DNA from: Camelus dromedarius
Lineage: Eukaryota
DNA: 64,000 bases
Assembly (NCBI RefSeq): GCF_036321535.1
Contig: NC_087436.1
Coordinates: 51,524,001 to 51,588,000 of the forward strand
Direction of reading: 5' to 3'
In this document: piece after piece, positions 25,761 through 41,000 of the stretch
Position numbering within the stretch: position 1 is the stretch's first letter
Layout: every line of letters begins with the position of its first letter
Notes under the pieces: model-generated
Told to the model about the DNA's origin: nothing
The model's input: only the letters and a program-made list of their open reading frames with translations
The model's database searches: none
Program-made: the position numbers and the translations under genes

Positions 25761-25915
25761 CTCACATGGAACTTCAGCAGGAAGTACCACTGCCTGGGAT
25801 CTGGTGCTTCTTGAAGCTTCTGATAATTCTTCACTTTCTTTTCTCTCACTTGTTTGCTCAGAATGTTTCACTGTTAGGTCTGTTGAAATATTGACCTCAA
25901 AGTAGTCATCAGAAC
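25761..25915 (-). CDS. BANK1: BANK1 coding exon 3 (155 nt)
   Basis: Translates (G)SDDYFEVNISTDLTVKHSEQTSERKESEELSEASRSTRSQAVVLPAEVPCE. Acceptor ttttctctag; donor GAG|gtcagt. Joins exon 2 in frame (phase 1) and ends at phase 0. Confidence 0.95.
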
Positions 25916-26794
25916 CTAGAGAAAAATTCATGAATGCAGGTTATAACATATCTAAAGCCATATTATTTCTCTAGTGCTATAAAGGTTAATTGCTGAACAG
26001 TTGATTTAATTAATACATGGTACAACCAAACTGAGTTTAAGACAGCTAACATGATGAACCAATGTTAATAATTAAAATAATGCATCATAATTTAACTAGT
26101 AAGATAAGTTTAGCTGCTAAACTAAATCAACTACATAATAATATATTCACCCACTAGTTAAATGCTTTCCCTCCCAAAACCCAAATACTAATATTTTCTC
26201 TTAATATTAAAACAATAAATCTGAAAAATATGAAACTCTTTTCAATGACTATAATTAAGAAAATTTATTCATTTTACATTAGAACAAATTAAATCAGAAC
26301 AATTATTTACCCATTACATGTATTTCTAATTTTTAAAAACAAAAAGCATAACTAGAAGACAGTCACTAAATAGCATTTCTATGAAACACTAGTTTAATAG
26401 TGAAATATTCATGTTGATCAAACGTTAATGTGTTCTGTGGAAAAAGTATCCTGTGTTAAATAATTATGGCAGTATTACTAGGAACACTAAAATATGCAGA
26501 TGTGAATTTTGAATCTCAAAGAAGGGGGAAATGTGATTTTTTTTTTTAAAAAACCTAGCATTTAGCAATTTAGCATTCGGTCTCAATCATTAAAACACTT
26601 TTCTCTCTTTAAGGAAAAAAACTGTGTTAAGAGAGACAGATAATATTTTTACTACTCAATGTTTCAAAGCCCAAAGCATTTCATTAGGGCACAGAACCAA
26701 CAGGACTGAAACCAAGGCTCTCACAATTAAAGACTCTAACAACCGTCAACTTTTACACCACAAAACTGTCCCTTAAATCCCCAAAGAAGGGAAC

Positions 26795-27521
26795 TGAAGA
26801 AAAGGAAAGCAGCTCCTGACAGCTAGAAGCTGGCCTGATACCGTGTGAAGGACTTGATGTTGCTAGGAGGTGGCCTCCTGTTCTGCTATTAAACACCCAC
26901 AATCTCACAGAACATCACCGTCAGACAAGGCCACTCTGTCACTATGATGGATCAAGTCAGAAATCAGAACACTTTGCAACCATGTCTGAATCCAGGCAAA
27001 ATTGTGAACATCATCCAAACCACAAAATAACCAAATATCCTGAATCCTGGCTCCTGTGAGTGCTGTTTGTTTACCGAGTCCAGCCTCAGCCTCTTTTCAT
27101 TTCCCCTACCTTCCACGTGGCCTAATCAACTCCTCCCAGTTTGCCGGGGATCTTTTTTTTTTTTTTTTTTTGGTGTGGGCATGAAAAATGCTATGTCCCA
27201 GGAACCTCTCTCCCATTTTCAAGCATACTGGAATATAGTTGGTTCCCCTGCTTCTGAATTAGAGCCATTAATACACCAAATCATAAAATTACACCTGCTT
27301 TTTAACTCAAGCAAGCTATAGCAAAGCCCTGCTTCCTTAAACCATTCCTTAAATCACTTAACACAACCCTAAATCCTACAGTAAGTCTTTTCTTAATACA
27401 GTCTTACTAAGATGCTCCACGGTTCTCCATGGTGTGCCTTCTCTTCATTGCAACTAGTGAAAAAAAAAACAATTAATGGACAGGTGTGTTCCTAGCGGTC
27501 TTTAGCTAAAGGAAATTGACA
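26795..27521 (+). mobile_element. Old ERV1-class LTR (MER-type)
   Basis: TG start (tgaagaaaaggaaagcagctcctgac) and CA end (aattgaca); internal agacaaggccactctg and caggtgtgttcct. Subfamily not assigned. Confidence 0.6.
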
Positions 27522-28269
27522 GGATAAAAAGGAAGAGGAGTCAAAGGCAGTATAGATGAAGGTGGCTAGAATTTTGGTCTCATTGCATCCAAAAAGTGAA
27601 GTCACCAGTTTCATACAGGTAATCCTATCAGAAAAGTAGAGTAACAAAAGAGATGTCCTCGAGGGAGGAGCTGGCTCTATGCCACATCTAAGAAGGAGAA
27701 TGTTTTGTTTTGTTTTGTTTTTTCTGTCTTATGAAAGTTGCAGAATAAAAGTACAGAAGCACCTGGGATTTCCAGATTCTCCCACTGGTCTTGCTAGAAA
27801 TGAAATGAAAAACAGCCTTTACTTCTCTAATGATTTAAAACACTTCCATAAGCAGTGTCATTTTCTCTCTCTCGCTCTCCCCTTCTCCCTCTCTCTCCAC
27901 ACACCTGCACACCAACACACACACACACCCAAAAAAGAGTGAAAGGTTATACAGAGCTGGTTTAATCATTTTGTGAATTGATGAAAACATAAGGAATCAT
28001 TTTATTTAATACATTTTAAAAGGCGTTAAGTTATTCCACCACAGCAGTATCTGTGACATTTTCTGCTAATTCATCTGTGGTATGAAGAAGAGGTATTTTC
28101 TTTACCCTGAGGACATAATCATGAATGTACAAAAGACTTATCTCTATGAATGTTCACAGAAGCACTATTTATAATGCAAAAAAACCAGGAGCAGTCTAAA
28201 CAATAAAGGGCCAGACAAAAATACATAATGTGATAAAAGATACTGTCACTAATTGCTCAGCTTGATAAA

Positions 28270-30600
28270 GACTATCTACCAAAAACCTCCAGCTAACATA
28301 ATTCTTAATGTGGAAAACTTTATGCTTTCCCACTAGGATCATGTTTAAGGCAAGGACGTATCCTCTCACCAATCCTTTTCATTATCATACTGGAAGTCCT
28401 TACTAATTCAATTAAAGCAAGAAAAGGAAATAAAAGGTATACATATTGGGAAAAAAGAAATAAAGCTGACTTTGTTGTGATGACATGATTGTGTACATAG
28501 CAAATCCAAAGGAATTAACCAAGAAATTCCCAGAACTAATAAGCGTTTATAGCTAAGTTGCAAGATATAAGGTGAATATACAAAAAGCAATTGCTTTCCT
28601 ATATACTAACAAAAAACAAATGGAATCAGAAATTAAAATGGAATATCATTTAAACATTACTCCCCAAAATGAAATACTAAAGTATAAATCTAACAAATTA
28701 TGTACAATATCTATATAATGAAAACTACAAAACTCTGATAAACAAAATCAAATCAGAATTAAATAAATGGAGAGATAGTCTATGTTCAGGGATAGAAAAA
28801 CTCAAGTGTCAAGATGTCTTTTCTTCTCAACTTGATCTACAGATTCAATGCAATCAAAATCAAAATCTCAGCAAGTTACTACAGATATGAACAAACTGAT
28901 TCTAAGGTTTATATGTAGAGGCAAGAGACCAGAATAGGCAGCCTAACACTGAAGGAGAAGAACAAAGTTGGAGAATTGACACCACCCAACTTCAATACTT
29001 ATTATAAAGCTGCAGTAATCAAGAGTGTGTGATCTTAGCAAAAGAATAACCAAATAGGTCAACGAAATAGAATAGAGAGCCAAGAAATAGAATTACATAA
29101 ATACAGTCAATTGATCTTTGACTAATGAGCAAAAATAATACAATGGAGCAAAGCCAGTCTCTTCAACAAATGGTGATAGACAACTACATACTCACATGCA
29201 AAAAAAAAAAAAAAAAGCATCTAGATACAGACCTTAAAACCATAACAAAAATTAACCGAAAATGCATCAAAGACCTACATGTATAATGCAAAACTATCAA
29301 ACTTCTAAAAGATAATATAAGGGAAAACCTAGATGACCTGGAGTATGGTAATGCATTTTAAGATACAATACCAAAGTCATGATCCATGAAAGAAATAATT
29401 TAATTTAACTTCATTAAAATTAAAAACTTATGTCTACAAAAGACAGTATCTAGAGAATTAAAAGATAAACCATAGGCTGGGAGAAAATATTTGCAAAAGA
29501 CATTTAGTAAACGACTGCTCCCCAAAATTTATAAAGAACTCAAATTTAACAGTAGGAAAATGATCAAATCAATTTTAAAATCAGCCAAAATGTGTAACAA
29601 ACACCTCACCAAAGAAGACATACAGATAGAAAATGGGCATATGAAAAGATGCTCCACATTGTACACCATCAGGGAAGTGAAAATTAAAACAATGAAATAG
29701 CACTATACATCTATTAGAATGGTCAAATCTGACAATACCAAATGGTACCAAGGATGTGGAGCAAGAACTCGCATCCACTGCTAGTGGAAATGCAAAATGG
29801 TACAGCTATTTTGGAAGACGGTTTAGTGGTTTCTGACAAGACTAAACATACTCTAACCATGCAATCCAGCAAATGCACCCCTTGGTATTTACTCAAATGA
29901 GCTGAAAACTTATGTCCACACAAAAATCTACACATACATATTTATAGCAGCTTTATTCATAATTGCCAAAACCTGGGAGCAATCAAGATGTCCTTCAGCA
30001 GGTGAATGGACAAACTGTGGTACATCTATACAATGAAATATTATTCAGCACTAAAATGAAATAAGCTATCAAACAATGAAAAGAGCATGGAAAAACCTTA
30101 AATGTGTATTACTAAGTGAAAGAAGTCAATCTGAAAAGGCCACACACTGTATGATTCCAATTATATGACATTCTGGAAAAGGCAAACCATAGACAGTAAA
30201 AAGATCTGGGGTTGCCAGGGGTCTAGTGTGGAAGGGGAAGGAAGGGTGAATAGGCAGAGTACAGAATATTTTGGGGGCAGTGAAAATTCTCTAGTATTGA
30301 TACCACTAATGATATATGTCATTATACATTTGTCCAAACCCATAAATTGTACAATACCAAGAGTGTAACCTAAGGTAAACTATGGACTTCGGGGGATTAT
30401 GGTGTGTCAATGTAGGTTCATTCTTAAATGGTAAAAAAAGGTAAAAGAAAAAAAAAAATGTACCACTGTGGTGAGTGATGTTGATAACTGGGTGGCTTGC
30501 ATGTCGTTGAAGATGGGAGGCAGCAAGTATATGGGAAATCTCTGTATCTCCCTCTCAATTATGCTGTAAACCTAAAACTGGACTTTAAAAATATTTTTTA
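28270..30600 (+). mobile_element. L1 (L1MC1/2-like): decayed ORF2 3' half plus 3'UTR
   Basis: Continuous ORF2-derived sequence (aggcaaggacgtatcctctcacca, cagattcaatgcaatc, cttcaacaaatggtg) and an L1MC-type 3'UTR (tatgattccaattatatgacattctggaaaaggcaaa, cattatacatttgtccaaacccata). Many stops and frameshifts. Confidence 0.92.
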
Positions 30601-32724
30601 AAGTGTACATATACAGAACTATGTGGTAGAAATTCAAGACAAATTCTTAAATGCATAAGAATATCTATATATACCCAAAATATCAAGATTCTTGATTCTG
30701 GCTGGTGGGTTATGGGTAATTTTATTATATATATGTATTACTAATAATATCAATTATTAATACCAATATACATAATACATTTTCTTGTTTTCTATAATAA
30801 AATGAATGAGTCGATCAAGATTACAGACCGAGCACGTGTTTCTTCACCCCTCCTCTACAATATGTAAATGAAATTACAGAAAAGATTACTTTCTTTATAT
30901 ATCATGACATAAAAATGGGTAGGAACACTGCTCTGCAGATCTTATGTGAAATAACCCAGCTTATCACTAATCACCTCTATGTTCAGGTGATCTAAGCAAT
31001 CCCCCAAAATACCATCTGGAATAAAGGTGATTGTCTTCTTTTAAAATAAATATCATACTAGAGGGAAAAATCACAGATATCCTAAGGCAAGATAATTTTG
31101 TATGATTTTCTTAACCACCAATAAAAATCACATTCAAAATAATAAACATTATAAAATAGTTAAGCATTAGAAAATAAATTTTCCTTTATGAATTAAGTTG
31201 CAAAATCTGTTATAGATTTAATTTTCAAAATGTATCATATTTTTTGCAAAGTAGAAATCTTTTAATACTATTTTTTCAAAAAATAAAAATTTTAGTTTAG
31301 ATTTTTATATTTTGTTTTTATTTATTTGTTAACTGATTAAATCCTCATTTGGCATGAGGACAGATTTTCTGATAACTAACAAAACTAGGTGAAGACTGAA
31401 AAATGGTAGAATCTTTTATGCTATCATACTTGAACTGCTTTCATTATAGTGATCTGATGAAAAAAGAAGTTATTCCTCAATGCCCAATGACCCTTCAAAT
31501 TCATCAATAGCTAACAGACAAAGCAAGGTTCAGTTTTCATCATAAATGATTTGGAAAAGAGAGAGAGAGGCAAACAACAAACTGCAAGATATATGTTAAC
31601 TGCTAAAAAAATCTTCATCTTCTCATGCAACCTTGGGAAAAGTACTATGCACTGTAAGCTTCAATTTCCTCAATTATTGAATGCAGTAAATAATGACTTC
31701 CTTGTTGGATAGTTTTGATTACATTTAATAACATGCATGTGTCAGGCCTAGGATAGGCACTCAATATTAGCTTCCTTCTCTTTTTCTTAAGTTCTGATAT
31801 CAAATTCAGTAAAAGCAATGTTTTTTACTTTGGAAAGATCATAAATTCATCTTTATCAGTTTGTATATCCAACTATGATTCAGAGAGGACTGCAACATTC
31901 TCCTGGAATTTCAATACTGAACATCGTTTTTGCCAAATTTATAATTTAGTAAGTGATTCTATAATTACAGTGTAGCTCATTTTATTAAGTATGCTTAAGG
32001 CAGTATGGATTCTAGCATGCTTTTCTGGGGTTTTAAAGTCATACCAAAGATCACAGCACTCCCCACCACTCAGATAAGTAAACAGGCATTTCTCCAAGAG
32101 GTAAAGGAAACAAACTGTACAAAAAGATGTAATGTTTACTAATCTTTTAGTCTAGTCCTCTGCTTTCTTAAACAATTTTTGTTGTCTGTGATGCATTGTA
32201 AGGGACACAAAAATAAGAAATATTTCATTCAACGCTCTGTCCAAAGAAAAATAACAATAATAGAACTTCTTACCTAACAAATATATATAAAAATGAACAT
32301 ACTCAATATAGCCAAGCAAATGTTGGCTTCCAATAACAAAAATATAAAACTACTTTGTTTTAAACACCCACATTTATCCTGGCATTCTAACTGCACAAAC
32401 TCTACCAGCTAAAGTTTTCTCAAACGCTAGCATGAATGTATATTTATATTTTACTCTTGGTACTTTAGTCTTTTAATTTTAGTTCATAACATGCAAGGAT
32501 AATTCCAAGGCAGAGTATATGTAAGGAGATGCTGTTTTCAGTGGACTGTGTGTTCCATTTTTACTTGTATTTCCATTTCATTCTGTTTATTATATTTTCT
32601 CCTTTTTCCTACCTTTTCCCCTTCTTTTATTTCATCATCCATTACCCACTCTTCCTTTAAGCTGCCTTTCCAGCCACCTCTCAGTGAAACTTGCTACAAA
32701 GAAATCATACAATATCTTGCAACT

Positions 32725-32866
32725 CAAGAGTGTGCTGTGCTCTTCAGACCAGCAGGTTATTAGACAGGCACACTCCCAACCGCCACCCTAGACCTGATGA
32801 ATCAGAATCTGGTTTTTAAAAAGATCCTAAGTGATTTGAAAGCATACTGAAGTCTGAGAAGCAGTG
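32725..32866. mobile_element. MER5-family MITE fragment
   Basis: ccacctagacc-like core, gaatcagaatctg...aagatcctaagtgatt...aagtctgagaagcagtg. Confidence 0.65.
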
Positions 32867-35800
32867 TGCAGCACCCATTCATACCTCAGTGTGATACTTT
32901 TCCGTAACATTATCATAGCATGAGGCATTAACCAAAATCATATCATGTATTTATCTGTTTCCCTGTTTCCTGTCCATCCATCTAGAAGGCAAGCTTTTGA
33001 AGTAAAGCAATTCAGGTTTTTTTCTCCTCATCTATATTTCCAGTGAATAGGTCCTTCAACATAGTAGATGCTCAATAATTATGTAAGTAGACATGATAAC
33101 AAGATGCTATATAATTATATGCATAGCAGATGCAAATATTTGTTGCCCATTTTGTGATTGAATAAATCCAGGCCTAGCTTATTTTTTGTAGGGGGAAGAC
33201 TGAGTGGCTTGTGTCTGAAGGCCAGGAATTTGTTCTATCTACCACATTCTGCCTGTCTTAAGGGAGCACATGTGTACTTCAATCAGTATAACCCTGAAGA
33301 CAGGAACTGAACAAGGCTAGAGAAAACCACCAAGGCTCAGAAAGCACTAAGCTTGCCTCTTTCTCTCCTACACATTTTCATTGCTTACTCTTTCTGAGAG
33401 TTAGTTGCCAAGGCAGTATTAGCATGACCTATGCTATCGACGGTTACTTCCTGCAACCGGATATATGAAGCACTTAGATGAAGGAGCTGAAAGACCAATT
33501 AATGAAACAAACCCTAATTATATCCTTTCTGAAGTTCAACATGTATCCACGAGAATCCCTTTCAGCAGATTGCCCAGAATGAAATAAAATCAAGATCTAT
33601 TGACTAAGATTACAAACGAAAACTGACCATTGGATTTTCAATTATTCCCTTTAATAAATGACATGGTAAAGTTTTGAATCCATTTTAGTTGCTATAGTTT
33701 TGAAGTCTAGACTCCAAGAAAAATTTGCGTATAAACCTATCATTCCAAATTTGAGTGCTAAATTATACATGGGCCATGTAATTCATGAACAGGGAAATGA
33801 CATTTTGTGGTCTTACAAAATATTCCATTGAAATACTTAAGGTATGACAATGTGCACTAGGCCCAGACATATTCAACAATTTACCAGTTCCATTCTTACA
33901 ATTAAGAAAGAAAAAGCATAGATTAATCTGAATACAGATTTGTAAAATGTATGGTTTGAGTAGTGTTCAAATGAAGCTGTAATAGCATGAGACAATATTT
34001 GTTATATTAACTGACTAAACAAGCATATATAGGTACATATGTGTAGATATATGCACATATATATGTATTATATATATTTGTGATATATATACTATATATG
34101 TGTGTATATATAATATAAGAAAAATTTACTGTTATGTTAACAGTGATTATTTGTGTGAGGTGGGAATAAAATTCATTCTCAAAATTTTCTTCTTCATTCT
34201 TTGTAATTTGCACTGGACTTTTAACAACCCATAAATATTGCTTTTCTGAACAATTAGACAAAAAAGAATATCATTAAAAATTATTAATCATTTTTACTGG
34301 GTGAGAGGATAGCAACAATTCCATTTTTCATAATCAAATTTATGTATTTTTACATAAGTAATAAATATTTATTATGTATAACTTAGAACACATAAGTACC
34401 ATTTCCTAGAGAAAACCCTACTTAACTTTTTGATAAATATCTTTCTAGTCTTTGTATGAAGAATGCAAGTGCATATTTTTGAAAAACTAAAATAGGAAAA
34501 TCTTATATGTATTTATACTATTAGGTGCATTAATGATGCTTTATATTGAGTGGCTCGTTGCAATCAAGATTTTCACACACACTCTATTTTTTTTGAATAC
34601 ATACTTAAAATTATAATCCCTTTTCAATGCTAGATTACTGAATTTCAGACAACCATTTAAATCTATTTATAGATAGTTTTTAAATTCTGTGAGTCATAAA
34701 CTATTTTTCCCCCATAAATTGTTCAGCCAAATAGAATCTTTTATTCCTCTTATAATGTACTTCAAAGCTGAGAAGACAAACAGGGTTTATCAAACAGGGT
34801 TAAAAAATTAAATGTAAATACAGTTAACCCAGGAATAAGGTTATAGAACCCTAAGTGGTAAATTCAACAGCAAAATCTTAAATTTTGCAAAGTAAATGAT
34901 GAGGATCTTCTAGTCCTTGGATAGAAAATAAAATTTCAGTATTGTTTAGAAAATGATTCGTGCTTATTTTCCTTCTAATAAGCTCTAAGTAGGTTAACTA
35001 GGGACGAGGGGGACATTACTTTCTTTGTGCATGATCACCTCCACTACCCAGCTGGGAACACTAGGGCCAGCAGCACATGTCAGTTCAGCTGATGACCACT
35101 GGGAGGATCAGGTATTCAGGCTGGCTTCTCAGAAGTGCGCTCGAACTGCACCACGGGGAAAAGGAGAGAGAGCATTCTAGTAACTGGAGCCACGCTCGAC
35201 CAGTCTTCCCTAAAATCTCCATGAGACTGAGCAACTGACTATCTTGTTCATTGTTGAACACATGATCGGTGCCCAAAACTTATTTGCAAAATGAATGAGT
35301 GATTACATTTCAACTGGAGCTGCCTGCAGGAGATGCGATTAGGAAAAGTGGATTGAGTGGAAAAGTGAGAGCCTCTCTTTGTGAAGAAATCTGTCTGTAA
35401 CTGTCGTCCCTTTGAGACTCAGGGAACCATCCATGTTAATGACAACTTTAATGTTTCTGTTTTTGGTGTTGCCTTCAGTGCAGGTATTTACACACAGCTA
35501 CAGATCCTAGTGTTTCAGGAGAATCCAGGGTGGTCCCCACAGGGGAGCAAGAGCAAGGCATATGTGTCTGCTCTCCTCAACAGCTCAGCAGAGAAGGGCA
35601 TCGGCCTCCGCAGTGGCTAGACTTCGTGAATGACCCAGTGGCTGAGAGGAAAAGAAGGGAGATACTCCAAGGAAGAGAGCAGGAGCCTAGAAAGACCACA
35701 GATGGTGAGGCAGGCTCGTCCTTCTGGAATGCCTAATGAGAGGTCTCTGCCCTCGGAAAGATTAAGAAAAAGAGGCTGCACATTTGAATTACCTAAAGTT

Positions 35801-36038
35801 AAATAACAATAGAATTGCTTTTTTACTCCCATGAATGATTTAATTAAGTAATAAAAGCATGAAAGAAATTAATACAAGAATATTACCTTTCACTTCAAAT
35901 CCCACGCCTTTGCCACTGGACTTTAGCTTCTCTTCAATTGCCAGTGAGTGACTACATTATTTTAGCAAGTAGATCTAATGCCTGACCTTTCCCCTGCCAA
36001 TATAACAAAGTTAACCATAAATTACTGGAATGTTTTTA

Positions 36039-36170
36039 CATTTTGTTTGTTTGTTTGTGGGGAGAGGTCATTAGGTTTATTTGTTTATTTTTAATGGAGA
36101 GACCAGGAATTGCACCCAGGACTTCTGCATGCAAAGAACACACTCTACCATTAACCTATATCCACCCCCT
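36039..36170 (-). mobile_element. tRNA-derived SINE, Vic-1-like (camelid)
   Basis: Minus strand reads gggggtggatataggttaatggtagagtgtgttctttgcatgcagaagtcctgggtgcaattcctgg (A and B boxes) with an A-rich tail. TSD tggaatg(t/c)tttta at 36026-36038 and 36172-36184. Confidence 0.85.
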
Positions 36171-36325
36171 TTGGAATGCTTTTAGTGATGATGTCTTCTA
36201 GCTTAGCAAATCAAAGAGAAGCTACAATCAATTCATTGGCTAAAAGGAAAAGAATTTTAAATAGAGATTTGTTCTAAAATGAATACCCATGATTTTTACT
36301 AACAAACTTTCTTGGGAAGATTAAT

Positions 36326-36802
36326 TAATAACAGCTAAAAACTGCTGAACATTTACTATGTGCTAAGTACTGTTCTTAATGCTTTGCATATATTAGCACA
36401 AAATGAATGTTTTGTGATGTCCACAACTCCATGAGGTAGACACTAATATTATCCTCATTTTATAGATTAACTCAGTGATTCTTTGAACTGAGGTACCCAC
36501 TATGTACCAGGGGAGCCTTCCTTCCCAGGACTTGCAAGCTAAAGGTGGGGAGGCAAATAATACAGGTGTAAAATACGGAGCGGAGCAGATGCTGGCAAGT
36601 GCTAGGAAGATAATTAAAGCTAGGAAGGCTGGTGGGGAGTTCAGGGAGCTAGGGAGGGACGTGATGTTTTAAATGAGGAAAATAAGGGTCTAAGCAAAGA
36701 ATGAATTCTCCCAAGGTCACACAGCTAGCTATTGCTGAAGTCAGAGAGGAACGAGCTAGTCAGACTTCAAAGACCCATGATCACTGCACTAGACTGTTTC
36801 TC
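36326..36802 (-). mobile_element. MIR interrupted by an L2-like fragment (~36468-36672)
   Basis: The MIR core attatcctcattttatagat breaks at ~36467 and resumes as atgaggaaaataagg...cccaaggtcacacagctag at ~36673. Confidence 0.7.
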
Positions 36803-37934
36803 CACCCACAGTTAAGTCCCTGCATATGACAGTCAATTTATCACAGGAATGATCTGAAAGAATCAAAGACACGCCATTTTCAGGGCTGTTAAAAACAACA
36901 TATGGCCCAAAACTCCAGAGAAAATGTCTAAGGCATTAATTCTTACGGTAACATAAAATTATACCCCATGTGACATTAAACTGATGTTCCAGTTAGGATT
37001 GCTAATTTACACAGAAAGGGCAATTTAGGTGTGAGTGTATATGTTTACTAGTCTTTTGGCTCACTGAATTATCTCACAAGAATGTTTTATATTACAAAGA
37101 AGTCCCAGTGATGGTCTGCATCTTGTTGGATTGATTTTCACCGCCAGAGAAAATGACTCTTTATAGTGCCAAATATGTGGGGTCACTGTCAATAGGTAAT
37201 GATGATTCTTCTCAGTTCAAATTGGATTTGAAGGAGCAGATACATTTCTGATTTTTTTCCTTCAAGTATCTTCAAATTCTTTACAATTTTCAAGAGTAAA
37301 ACATGAACTTTAATATCAGACATTTTTTTGGTATTTTTTAAAAAAAATGTCCAGCAGGATTTTACACATAATCAACATCTTAAACTGGTATCTAAGACTA
37401 TTTCCATAAAATATCAAGGACTCTGTGTATCTGGGGATTTTACTTTAACTTCCAGATTAAACAGGAAGTAAATAATTCTAGGATGTGTTATAGTTTTTAG
37501 TTTCATATTTTCATGTGACTAGACAAAATGACTTTGCAACTGTCTGCTTCTGTATAAAAGCAGCCTTTTAAAGGATACTTTCATTTCCTTTCATTCTTTC
37601 AGAAATATTACATACAGGCATAACCTTTTTTCAACTTGAATAAAAATCATAGAAATTGAGTCTATATACCTTTGGGGCAGAAATCAGTTTTGCTCCCCCC
37701 ACCCCCCTTTTATTCAGTGAGATATACTAAATGAGAGAAGACGCTGTAGTTAGGCCTAGGGAAGTTTTCCTTGGGACTCACCTTGTTGACAGATAAGACC
37801 CTAAATGAATTCTTTTTGGGTTGGGGTGAAAATAGGAGGTAATATGTATTCAGTTCAGATTAAGTCTCAAGTACCTTAGGTAGAGATTTCTACACATAAT
37901 CATATTTGATTTTCACAATTGTCCTAAAATGCAT

Positions 37935-38065
37935 ACTATTATTTTCTCATCTTACTGATAAAGAATAGAGTTTTTAAAAAGTTAAATAAATTGTCATAGG
38001 TCACAGAGCTGGAAGAGCTGGACTTAAATCCACGAGTATCCAACTCCAAATCCTGGGCTCCTGGC
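37935..38065 (-). mobile_element. MIR core fragment
   Basis: ttattttctcatcttactgataaagaa...gttaaataaattgtcataggtcacagagctggaag. Confidence 0.7.
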
Positions 38066-41000
38066 CACAGAGGTATACTTTCCACTGGAGGTAACAGACC
38101 CTTGGCTGATCCACTGACATCTTGCCAGTCCCCTGACTTACACACAAGAAGTTCCAGCAAGTTGGCCTTATCAGCAGACCTGCTTCTGTTAAGAGTGAAG
38201 AAGAGCCCTAATGACCCACACGTGACAATGCTCTCCTCCCACTGGAGCCATTCCAATCTCCCAGTCCCTGAACATAACCACAATCTTTCATTCATTCACG
38301 TATGCTCTTTTCCTTTTCCTACTGTGCCTAGTCTCATTTTTCCTCCTAATTAACTTTCAACACTCCCATCAGTGGTTGCTCCTGGTGGAAGAGCTTTCCC
38401 AGTTTCCCCATGATCATAGCTCTTTGGATACACTATACTTCAAGAGAAAGTATCACATGGATCATATTATTTACATGGTATTTGTTTTCCTGTCTAGATA
38501 GTGGGCTCTTGATAGCAGAAATCGAAGATCATTGTTTCTACCTCAACTCTAAGTAACTACTAAAGGCCTGACACATACCAAAGGCCTGGCTCAATAAATG
38601 CAAGTTGGCTAAAACCATTATTTAGTGAAAACGGACCCAAGCCAAAGGAAAACACATGTATTCCAAAGGAGTAATTGTTCCTTATAGCTAATACATTTAT
38701 TTCAAAAGAAAATTATGCAAAGCTGGATAATAAGGAAAAAAATTATACAGATATGGTACTAACTAACATGGGAAGTGGGGAAACATATTAGACATGGAAT
38801 ATATGAATTTTGGCGGTTAGGGAAGAACCATTCCCATTATCTAAATATTAGAGGATTGGGGGGAAAAAAGCATCTCTAATATCTAATTGCAATAATAAAG
38901 GAGGAAAATGATAAAATGCTTGATTCTAATGTTCAATTAACTGTGAAAATACATCCTAGATATCAAAAGGCTAATATGTAAAAAGTATCTACATTCATGA
39001 AGATCAGAGTAATCTGGTGTGACTAAAATGCTGATGAAGAAGACACTAAGGGGTGCCATTTTATGTTATTCAATCAAGGTTAATATGATAAAATATTATC
39101 ATAAAAAGCAAAAGAATAGGGAAGTAACATTGACAAGGAAACATGAGAACAAATCTTACTATAACGACATGAGCCCAATGAAAGAGGTACGCCTACAGGA
39201 AAGATGGTAGATCAGGAAGAGTAGATAATATTTTTGGTTGCAATTTTGAAATATGCTATGCCTAAAATAAAAAAGAACGCATGTTGGATAAAAAGGAAAT
39301 GTTTCAAATGGAAAATTCAGAAGTTATTTACTTTAAAAATGTTTTTTAAGTATAGCTATACTATTGTAGACAGGAAAACTTCCTTCCGTTCATTTAGCAG
39401 GAGAAAGGAACTGAAATGGAAAGACTGTATAATATTGCATTCAAATAAAATATATATATTGCAAGTTTGCAAATGTAAATTAAGGCACGAAGCCTGAGAT
39501 GTAAAATATGTTCAAGTGTGACCCTCCTGTTAAATCTAGAATGTGAAGGTGTTTTATGTAAATTCACAATCTCCCCACAACTGAAAGTATGGGTGATGGG
39601 GAAGAGGATTCACTGCCTGTAACAGCATTATCCTCAACAAAGCTCTTGCCAATTATTGCCACTCAGGTTTTCATCTTAAACTTTAAATATAAAAATCCTT
39701 GACAATTTTAAGAATACTCTGATTACACTTGAGAGTCTGTATACATCTGAGAAGTTAAAAATGCTCTGGTACTCCCACAGGACCCTAAAAATAATTTTTA
39801 CAAATCAAACAAAAATAGTTTTTCCATACCGTTTAATAGGGTATTTATTTAAAATGTGGGTGCTGGGAGTATCTGACCCACATTCCAGTTCTGTCATTTC
39901 CTAGTTGCCCACCCTCCCACATTTGTATTTTTACTTAAAAATCAGAATGGTACTAGTACCGGGACCCTTCTGTTTTTGTGTGGATTAAATTTTAAAATGT
40001 GCATAAAGCTCTTATAACAGAGCTCGACTCATAAAAATTCACAGAAATTCATAGCTCATAGAAATTCACTGAATATTAGAAAATACATATTTTAAAAATG
40101 TAAGGCATAAGGGAGTGGATCAATCATGAACAAATAATAGAAGAGTAGTAACATGCTTTCTCGTGCAAGCACTAGTGTGATTGGAGAACTAGAACTCAGA
40201 GGAGAAGCCAGCACCCTGACTCAGTGTGGCTTTTCCCAGACTCCTGCCCACTTGGATGTTCTATATCCGGCATAAATCATACACTGTCTCAGGGTCTCAA
40301 TTACATCACCTGTCAAATCACAATGTTGGAGAAAATATTATTTGGGACCACTTTTAACTCTAGAATTAGTCTATGATTTATTTATAAAAAGAGGATTTTT
40401 AAAATAATTCTTCATAGAAGTACTACAAAAATCATTATAAATTTGTATCTTTTTTGATTTTTCCTAATGGTCCATCTGTTTGTAGCTTATTTTTTGCTTC
40501 TCCCTAAACTAATATTTTACATGATTCTGTGTAATTGAGATGATCATTCTCATTTAAATCTATGTTTCATATATTAATATTTTATTGGGTTACTTTGAAC
40601 TATTTGTTCTATATCAGAGTGTGACACTGATTTTGGTGAGATTTTCATTTTCTCATGGAACAGTTGTTAACATATCGTTCCTGAGCCAAAGACAAAATTA
40701 ACATTCTGGTTTATCATTTCAGAGTTTTAAAAAATTGTATTCCCACATTCATTCAGCAGTACAGTCTCATATTTGCCACATATGCTTTCCTTTTCCTCTA
40801 ACATAAACTATGATTTTGTTTTAAATGATTCTAAGTACATATTTGGCAAATACTCTTTCGACTATTAAGCAGCCTGTATTCTACACTATAAGAATTTATC
40901 TTTGGAATGAAAATGCCAAAATGTTAACAGTGATTGCCTCCAGGTATTGTCATTCTGAGTGACATTCTTTTTTTCTGCTTCTTTTTCATTTTCTGTATAA

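Noticed and set aside
28270..30600. An intact or active L1 reverse transcriptase
   Set aside because: The element is 5'-truncated and broken by stops and frameshifts.
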